Assembly (NCBI GenBank): GCA_964519305.1
Contig: CAZFHY010000021.1
Coordinates: 1 to 50,474 of the forward strand
Length of the DNA stretch: 50,474 nucleotides
Direction: 5' to 3'
From: Candidatus Undinarchaeota archaeon
GTDB lineage: Archaea > SpSt-1190 > JASMDC01
In this document: piece after piece, positions 44,752 to 50,474 of the stretch
How the letters are laid out: each line of letters begins with the position of its first letter
Numbering within the stretch: the stretch's first letter is position 1
Notes under the pieces: model-generated
The model's database searches: none
The model's input: the letters and a program-made list of their open reading frames with translations, nothing else
Told to the model about the DNA's origin: nothing
Position numbers and translations under genes: made by a program

Positions 44752-45522
44752 ATGGAACGGTACGTCGTCGTGAACTGCACTGACCGGGACGAGCTCATGG
44801 ACATCCTCTACGACGAGCGATTCCCTACCGATGCTGTTGTGCTCACACCTGAGCTCGTGATGCAGTACGAGGACGGTGTGTTCGAGCGCTCACCCGAAGT
44901 AGCACGACCCTATTTCGAGAAGAACGCTCCGGTCCCGAAAGAGGTCTATGACATCTCGCGGGAGAAGAACCTTACGCTCTTCCTTGGGACAGCGCGCCAG
45001 GACGGTGATGAGCTCTACAATTCGCTTGTCTGCATCAAGGATGGTGAAGAGGTCAGGCACCACGACAAGTTCAAGCTCTACACTGGTTCCAACGAGAACA
45101 AGGTGTTCGAAGCGCCTGAGGGATGGGAAGGGAACATGGAGCTCGACGGTGTGCGCTATTCGACCCCGATCTGTATCGAGACCAATCACATCATGCGCAA
45201 GGGGCGTGAGAAGTCGCTCTACAGCGAGGTGGACGATTTCAATCCTGATATCATGCTCATCCCGGCCTACTGGCCTAACTCGCCGGACCTATTCGAGGGG
45301 AACCTGCGCACAATCATGCGCAGGACAGGTACCAAGATGGTGCTATTCTCGAACGGTGGGAACAGATCCGGTGGTATGTATCTCACGGAGAACGGGGGAT
45401 CATCCGTCGTGATGGAGAACGGTACCTGCCGTCTGGATGAGACGGGCTGGATCGAGATCGAGGCGGACCTGGATAAGGCGCGGTTTGTGAACACGAACCA
45501 TCTGCTCGATAGGAACGACTAG
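44752..45522 (+). CDS. carbon-nitrogen hydrolase (nitrilase) family protein
   Basis: Glu-Lys-Cys triad motifs VVLTPEL, HHDKFKL and PICIE, plus LYNS and IPAYWP. Start uncertain (44725-44752). Confidence 0.8.
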   Translation: MERYVVVNCTDRDELMDILYDERFPTDAVVLTPELVMQYEDGVFERSPEVARPYFEKNAPVPKEVYDISREKNLTLFLGTARQDGDELYNSLVCIKDGEEVRHHDKFKLYTGSNENKVFEAPEGWEGNMELDGVRYSTPICIETNHIMRKGREKSLYSEVDDFNPDIMLIPAYWPNSPDLFEGNLRTIMRRTGTKMVLFSNGGNRSGGMYLTENGGSSVVMENGTCRLDETGWIEIEADLDKARFVNTNHLLDRND

Positions 45523-45554
45523 TCCTTTGTATCAATAGCGTAATCTCTGTTATC

Positions 45555-46292
45555 CTATTGAGCGAAGTAACCAACAGGCAGCGACTGCGGAGCCTCGGCG
45601 GTCTTCCTTGAGCTCGCATCGCTCTCTATAATGTCCTTGACGAGACCTGTGAGCTTCGTGAAATCAGGCTTCTCCCAGTAGGTTGCTTGGCGTCCGTACT
45701 CCTCCTTTTCACCAACGCAAACAGATGCGCCTCCGTGCTCGTTCACGAGGTGGAACGCGGGAAGGTCGGAGAATCCGTCACCGAAGTAGATGAAGTTGTC
45801 GAGAGGTATGCCTTCCTTGACACTGATGTCTTTGAGCGCCCCGGGTTTCGCCTCTGGGGGCAGGACCGAAGCAACGTCCACGGGCTTGTCGCCCTTGTAA
45901 GTGAACTCGGCTCCGTATACTCCATCGAAGTACTTGCCGAGTTCGGAGGCCTCTACCATTTCTTTATGACCGGTAGAAGCGATGTAGATCTTGAGGTCGA
46001 TGTCCTTCTCCTTGGCATAGGCCTTGAGGTCGCTGAAGAAGTCGTTGACACCCTCGAAGTAGGGCACCTTCTGGGCGGCATCTTCAAGGTCCTTGCGGGT
46101 CATTCCCTGGTACTCGGGCTCCTCCAGGAACACGCGGAGGAACGACTCCCCGTGAGCGTATTTCTTATCGTACTCCTTGACCTGCTTCCAGTACTGGGCG
46201 GGCTCATTGCCCATATGCTCGAGGAGGGGCTCCTGCATATAGACTGGAGAAAGTGTCTGGTCCCAGTCCAATACCAAGGCGTACGATTCCAT
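45555..46292 (-). CDS. HAD family hydrolase
   Basis: VLDWDQTLSP (DxD), YIASTG, K, YFGDGFSDLP. Start at ATG 46292. Confidence 0.88.
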   Translation of the reverse strand: MESYALVLDWDQTLSPVYMQEPLLEHMGNEPAQYWKQVKEYDKKYAHGESFLRVFLEEPEYQGMTRKDLEDAAQKVPYFEGVNDFFSDLKAYAKEKDIDLKIYIASTGHKEMVEASELGKYFDGVYGAEFTYKGDKPVDVASVLPPEAKPGALKDISVKEGIPLDNFIYFGDGFSDLPAFHLVNEHGGASVCVGEKEEYGRQATYWEKPDFTKLTGLVKDIIESDASSRKTAEAPQSLPVGYFAQ

Positions 46293-46303
46293 GGGTGAGC
46301 CCT

Positions 46304-46323
46304 TTACTACTATATAGTAGTAA
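46304..46323. promoter_or_regulatory. perfect 20-bp palindrome TTACTACTATATAGTAGTAA between divergent HAD and rhomboid genes
   Basis: Self-complementary; lies between the HAD TATA box (TTTATATA on the minus strand) and its start codon. Confidence 0.65.
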
Positions 46324-46400
46324 CTAGTATATAAAGGTTGTTGTTGCCTTTTAAACAAAGCGACAAAACGTTTATCAAGGAACCATGCACCTCCGGGGAT

Positions 46401-47045
46401 GTGAAAGGCGCCTTCCTCGGCCTGGGAGCGGTACTGATCGTCATGTTCATCGCGCAGACGGTCCACCCGCCCCTGACCGACATTCTTGCGTTCAAGGGCG
46501 AACTGGTCTCACAGCGGCCATGGACGCTCCTGACGTCGATGTTCATCCACTCATCGGGAGAGCACCTTCTCCACAACCTCTTTCCGCTCATCCTCTTCGG
46601 TTTCATCCTTGAGAGGATAGCAGGGACCCGTCGTTTCATTGCGATTTTGCTGATCGCTGAACTTGCCTCGAGCATAGCGGTCATGCAGGTGTATCCGCAT
46701 GTAAGGGTACTTGGTGCCTCAGGAGCTGCAAGGGGTGTCGTAGGCGCAATCGCTGCCATGAAGCCGACGCTGATCGTATATTGGGGAGCACCTCTACCTG
46801 TCATCGTGCTTGGCGGGATTTGGCTTGCACTGGACACTGCCGGCGTGTACGGTCACGCCGAGAACATAGCGTATGAAGGGCATCTCGGGGGACTTCTGGC
46901 AGGGTTCTTTCTTGGACTTGTATGGAGACGGTCTGTGATGCCTTTCGGACGTGAGGATGAAGAATCCTCACCGGAGGTCGACGAAGAGACCGCCGAGAAA
47001 TGGGAGGATAAATACATCCTAAATGAGCACAAACGGAAGATTTGA
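46401..47045 (+). CDS. rhomboid intramembrane serine protease
   Basis: PWTLLTSMFIH, HLLHN, GASGA, HLGGLLAG. GTG start at 46401 preferred. Confidence 0.92.
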   Translation: MKGAFLGLGAVLIVMFIAQTVHPPLTDILAFKGELVSQRPWTLLTSMFIHSSGEHLLHNLFPLILFGFILERIAGTRRFIAILLIAELASSIAVMQVYPHVRVLGASGAARGVVGAIAAMKPTLIVYWGAPLPVIVLGGIWLALDTAGVYGHAENIAYEGHLGGLLAGFFLGLVWRRSVMPFGREDEESSPEVDEETAEKWEDKYILNEHKRKI

Positions 47046-47051
47046 ATACGC

Positions 47052-47855
47052 TCATTGACCGAGGGAGGCAAGCTGCTCACGGGCATAGGTCTCGAATCCC
47101 TCTGTGTCATCCTTATCGATGCCCGGGTTCTTGAGGGATGAAATGAAGGCGAACCGCTTGTCGGCATTGTTACCTGGTCGGGAAATGTGTGATTCAAGTT
47201 CATCAATGGGAGCATCAAGGTCCATGTCAACGTCAAGGGCCATTCGGTAAGCAACGGCCACATTTCGTTCCCCGAACTCTTTTTCGATCTTCCGACACTG
47301 TTTGGAACCGATCCAGTACTCCCGGTTCTCACCAAAGAGAGCTCCTAGCCATTCCTCGTACCGCTCGAAGAGCTCACCTACTTTACCGAGGAATCCGCGA
47401 CTCGCTACATACTTGTGATCCATCCATGTAGCGAAACCCTCGCCGGAGGTGTTGCACGAGTGGAATATCGTGTTATAGCGGTCATCGTCGTCCCACGCCT
47501 CCTTCATGGCATGTCCGACACCTGTGTTCTGGAACATGTAACCATGTCCCTGGACCTCGTGGACAGCCCAACGGACGGTGGCGGATCGCCCACTTCCGCA
47601 TAGGAGGGCCTCGTCCTTGTATGCAATACCCACATGGTTACCTCGGTCAATGAAGTACCCCATACGGCGGAGCTCGCCATCGCTGATACCGTGGTCCTCT
47701 TTCTGTGCCTGGAGGAACTCATCCTTGGGGAGCACACGGAGATTGTACTCGCCTTCGAGCCCGCCGGTTAGAGTGGCGCAGTAATCGTACGCCTCACAGA
47801 TGCGCTCCTTCAAAGGTGCATCGTCACACTCCAACTGATGCTCGGCGTCGTACAT
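47052..47855 (-). CDS. orphan putative zinc metallopeptidase (HExxGH)
   Basis: AVHEVQGHG followed by SGEGFATW and YWIG; promoter GAAAGTATATAA on the minus strand at about 47895-47906. Confidence 0.65.
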   Translation of the reverse strand: MYDAEHQLECDDAPLKERICEAYDYCATLTGGLEGEYNLRVLPKDEFLQAQKEDHGISDGELRRMGYFIDRGNHVGIAYKDEALLCGSGRSATVRWAVHEVQGHGYMFQNTGVGHAMKEAWDDDDRYNTIFHSCNTSGEGFATWMDHKYVASRGFLGKVGELFERYEEWLGALFGENREYWIGSKQCRKIEKEFGERNVAVAYRMALDVDMDLDAPIDELESHISRPGNNADKRFAFISSLKNPGIDKDDTEGFETYAREQLASLGQ

Positions 47856-47920
47856 ACCTAAACCTCGTTGAGAAGGGCGGGCACGGTAGCCGCATTATAT
47901 ACTTTCCTGAGGGGGAGTGT

Positions 47921-48274
47921 TTACTTCTTATCGTCCTCTTCGTCGACGGTCTCGCTATCATACTCGATGTCCATGGCCGCGACGGTCTCCTCGATAATCC
48001 TGTAGGACGCCCGACTGATCATGTAGCACGAAATGATCATGACCAGAAGTCCAGCGAAAACGAGGACTGCGAGCATGTTGGTCTCGCCGACAGGTGCTGT
48101 CAGGGTGGCATTGAGGGTGCCGACCGCGTTCGCCAAGGTCGGGACCTCCTGGACCTTGGGGGGGACGTTACCGGCGGCCACCATCCCAAAAAAGGAAATG
48201 AGGGCGATGACGAGCGCGATGAAGGCCAGCGGGGTCAAGATACCCTGTGCGTGGTCCTCAAGCGTCAACGTCAT
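47921..48274 (-). CDS. small membrane protein (2 TM)
   Basis: Two hydrophobic helices and an acidic tail; GGAGG-like RBS; co-oriented with the two upstream membrane genes. Confidence 0.7.
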   Translation of the reverse strand: MTLTLEDHAQGILTPLAFIALVIALISFFGMVAAGNVPPKVQEVPTLANAVGTLNATLTAPVGETNMLAVLVFAGLLVMIISCYMISRASYRIIEETVAAMDIEYDSETVDEEDDKK

Positions 48275-48292
48275 CGCCCTCCTGTGTATTCT

Positions 48293-48856
48293 TTACTTCT
48301 TCGCGGACTTTTCGGCCTCAGCGAGGATCTGGTCCGCAGCCTGCTTGCCAAGTGCGGTGAACTGCCGGTTCAGAGCGTTCACTGACTTGAACAGAAGCAG
48401 GATGACCATGATGACGATAAGCACCATGGCGAAGCCGGCAAGCATACCATGCACCCCGTTGAGCACGTCCATGAAGAAGTAGGACAGCGCCGTCAGGGCG
48501 ATAGCGTACAGGATCCCGCGCATAGCGGACGAGTAGTCCTTGACCTCGCTCTCGTCCATCACGCCTCCGCCGATGTTCACGGCGATGAGCTTGCCGAAGG
48601 ACTCGGCGATGTCTCGGATCTCTCCGAAGCACTTGTACACGAAGTATATCATGGACAGTAGAACCACCGCGTTGATGATTGGGACCACCTGGATCCCTGC
48701 GATGGTCAGTCCGAGCCTGGCTGAGATAGCCGTGAAGACCTTGTTCCCGAAGATGTAGATCAAAAAGGCGGTCAGTAGGTTGACCACCAGTTTCGGGACG
48801 CTGTCGAAGATCTCCCGCATGGCCTCAGCATATGTCTTAGCTGTCAGGTCTGCCAT
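48293..48856 (-). CDS. 4-TM membrane protein, paralogue of 48904-49443
   Basis: AMREIFDSVPKLVVNL...GEIRDIAE...EVKDY. Confidence 0.8.
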   Translation of the reverse strand: MADLTAKTYAEAMREIFDSVPKLVVNLLTAFLIYIFGNKVFTAISARLGLTIAGIQVVPIINAVVLLSMIYFVYKCFGEIRDIAESFGKLIAVNIGGGVMDESEVKDYSSAMRGILYAIALTALSYFFMDVLNGVHGMLAGFAMVLIVIMVILLLFKSVNALNRQFTALGKQAADQILAEAEKSAKK

Positions 48857-48903
48857 TTCTCAAAGCACCTCCACATCAGTATAAGATGTGATCATGTATC
48901 CGT

Positions 48904-49443
48904 TCACTTGCTATCGAGGCGTCGGGCCTTCTCCTCAGCCCACGCGCCTATCTCGCGCTCCAGAGCGGAACCCGTCCGCAGGAGCAGCATGATGCAGTAG
49001 ATGACGGCGAAGATGTAGACCACGCCGGCAACGACCACGTTGATCCCCCTGAGCATACCCAGGAAGAAGTATAGGGCGACAACAATCGCGCCCACGGAGA
49101 TGAGGCCCCGGATGGCCGTCCTGTAATCCTCGACCTCCTCGTCTGTGACGTCCTCACCCACTTGGACCGCAAGGAACTTCGCCAGCGCCTCTGCGATGTC
49201 GCGAAGCTCGCCCAGAGACCTGTATACCAGAAGGGTCATAGCGCACAGCACTACGACACTGGTGACCTGCGAGACGGCAAGACCGCCGATGGTAAGCCCG
49301 AGGGAATCGGCCAGAGGGATGAACGCGTTCATCCCGAACAGATAGATCAGGTAAGCGGTACCGAGGTTTACCACGAGTTTAGGGATGGAGTCCCAGAACT
49401 CGCGCATGGCCTCACGGAACATAGTGGCCTTTTTGGACGGCAT
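48904..49443 (-). CDS. 4-TM membrane protein, paralogue of 48293-48856
   Basis: AMREFWDSIPKLVVNL...GELRDIAE...EVEDY. Confidence 0.8.
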   Translation of the reverse strand: MPSKKATMFREAMREFWDSIPKLVVNLGTAYLIYLFGMNAFIPLADSLGLTIGGLAVSQVTSVVVLCAMTLLVYRSLGELRDIAEALAKFLAVQVGEDVTDEEVEDYRTAIRGLISVGAIVVALYFFLGMLRGINVVVAGVVYIFAVIYCIMLLLRTGSALEREIGAWAEEKARRLDSK

Positions 49444-49538
49444 TGAATAACCCCCTTGCGGGCTACTCCGGGCTCAGCTTTTTAGTTCTATGGTTGGGCG
49501 GGCGGGGAGACCGTCGGCCCCCCGCCTCAGTAGTGTCT

Positions 49539-50474
49539 TCAGATATCCCGGTTCAGCCACTTGTGAACTGCTTCGAGAAGCCGAAGGTCCTGCTCAGAGC
49601 CCCGCTCGAACATGATGCCGTCGCCGATGAACACCACCCGACAGTTCGAAGCATCGTACCGGGCCATGACCGAGCAGGAACCGATGTACTCGCCCTGCTC
49701 CCAGCTGCCGTCCCAGTCCGCGTCAGAGAAGCTCTCTTTTGCAGAGAAGAGCAGCACCTGTCGGTGCCAGTCGCCGAGCTTGAGCGAGCAGCTCTTGTCC
49801 ACCTGGAAGAACTGTAACTGACTCGTGATGGGGTGCGGCATGGCGTACATGTACGGTGTGTAGCTGGTCGCTCCTGTCTGGTCTACGGTCGATATTATGT
49901 CGTTATTGAACTCGACGCTGAACTTCTTAGCTAGCGGATTGAGATTAGTGTTGTCGAAACCGCCATCGCCTACCAGAAGCAAACCCATCCCTCCCTGGAC
50001 CTTCTTGACGATGGCCTCGACCTCCTCAGGGGTGAGAGGTGTAGTCGGCTTGACGAGCATGAGCGTCTTCCCCGCGAACGACGCGAGATCGGTCACGACG
50101 GGAAAATTCAGACCTTCGATTCTCATGCTCTTGGCGTGGAACGCGACCGGGTCCGAGATGATTGCCGGTTTTGGGGGCGCCATCGGTGCTGGGACCGCTG
50201 CTGGTGGTGCGATGGGGGGTGGGGGCGCCGGTGCGGCCACTGGCTTCGGCGCTGTTGGCGCCACAGGTGGTGCGGACCCTAGAGGTGGTGCCGGTGCCGT
50301 GAACGGGGCGGCCGGTTTCGTGAAGTCCACCGCTGGTGCGGGGGGCTTCGGCGCAGCGGCCGGTGCGGGTGGTGGCGAGGGGAAACCGGCCGGTACCGAC
50401 GGTTCCTCCTTCTTGATGGGTGGCGGAGGTGGGAATGCTGGCGGTTTTACCTCGTCCTTCTTCTCCTCCTTGAT
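49539..50474 (-). CDS. Pro-rich protein with C-terminal GATase-like (DUF4350/GIFT-type) domain, 5' partial
   Basis: Frame is open to the window end (IKEEKKDEVKPPAFPPPP...); PLTPEEVEAIVKKVQGGMGLLLVGD, NLNPLAKKFSVEF, HPITS, RVVFIGDGIMF. Confidence 0.75.
   Translation of the reverse strand: MKEEKKDEVKPPAFPPPPPIKKEEPSVPAGFPSPPPAPAAAPKPPAPAVDFTKPAAPFTAPAPPLGSAPPVAPTAPKPVAAPAPPPPIAPPAAVPAPMAPPKPAIISDPVAFHAKSMRIEGLNFPVVTDLASFAGKTLMLVKPTTPLTPEEVEAIVKKVQGGMGLLLVGDGGFDNTNLNPLAKKFSVEFNNDIISTVDQTGATSYTPYMYAMPHPITSQLQFFQVDKSCSLKLGDWHRQVLLFSAKESFSDADWDGSWEQGEYIGSCSVMARYDASNCRVVFIGDGIMFERGSEQDLRLLEAVHKWLNRDI

Noticed and set aside
46293-46466. N-terminal extension of the HAD ORF
   Set aside because: It runs through the promoter palindrome and overlaps the rhomboid gene; the DxD motif fits a start at 46292.

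Overview
GC-rich, gene-dense archaeal chromosome segment. Archaeal origin is inferred from BRE/TATA-type promoters, apparently leaderless genes, a TrmB regulator, an Sm-like protein and HdrABC. About 41 CDS are supportable. I recognised no rRNA, tRNA, CRISPR array or transposase. Recognisable genes include an amidohydrolase, L-lysine 6-aminotransferase, two further PLP aminotransferases, hdrCBA, uvrA/uvrC and a separate uvrB, a metal permease, an ArsB/NhaD transporter with a USP, pcm, a nitrilase-family enzyme, a HAD hydrolase, and rhomboid and CPBP proteases. The strongest candidate for an undescribed system is the cell-surface locus at 26.8-35.6 kb. It has a membrane-anchored winged-helix regulator, then an AT-rich region dense in AACGTT/TGAACG-N7-CGTTCA sites, then two 'large secreted protein + small acidic lipoprotein' pairs. 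The first lipoprotein resembles the 16-aa acidic tail repeat of its 1478-aa neighbour, and the second large protein carries 13 gap-free 18-aa helical repeats. Two receptor-like paralogues lie on either side of this locus. They share a six-unit Cys/Trp ectodomain but have different cytoplasmic tails (Pro/Gln + zinc ribbon versus TPR). Other oddities are an HdrA-fused MvhD domain lacking its Cys ligands, an alpha/beta-hydrolase lacking its nucleophile Ser, an Sm-fold protein with an RG/RD-rich extension, and a possible structured ncRNA. All family calls come from motif recognition by eye; no searches were run.
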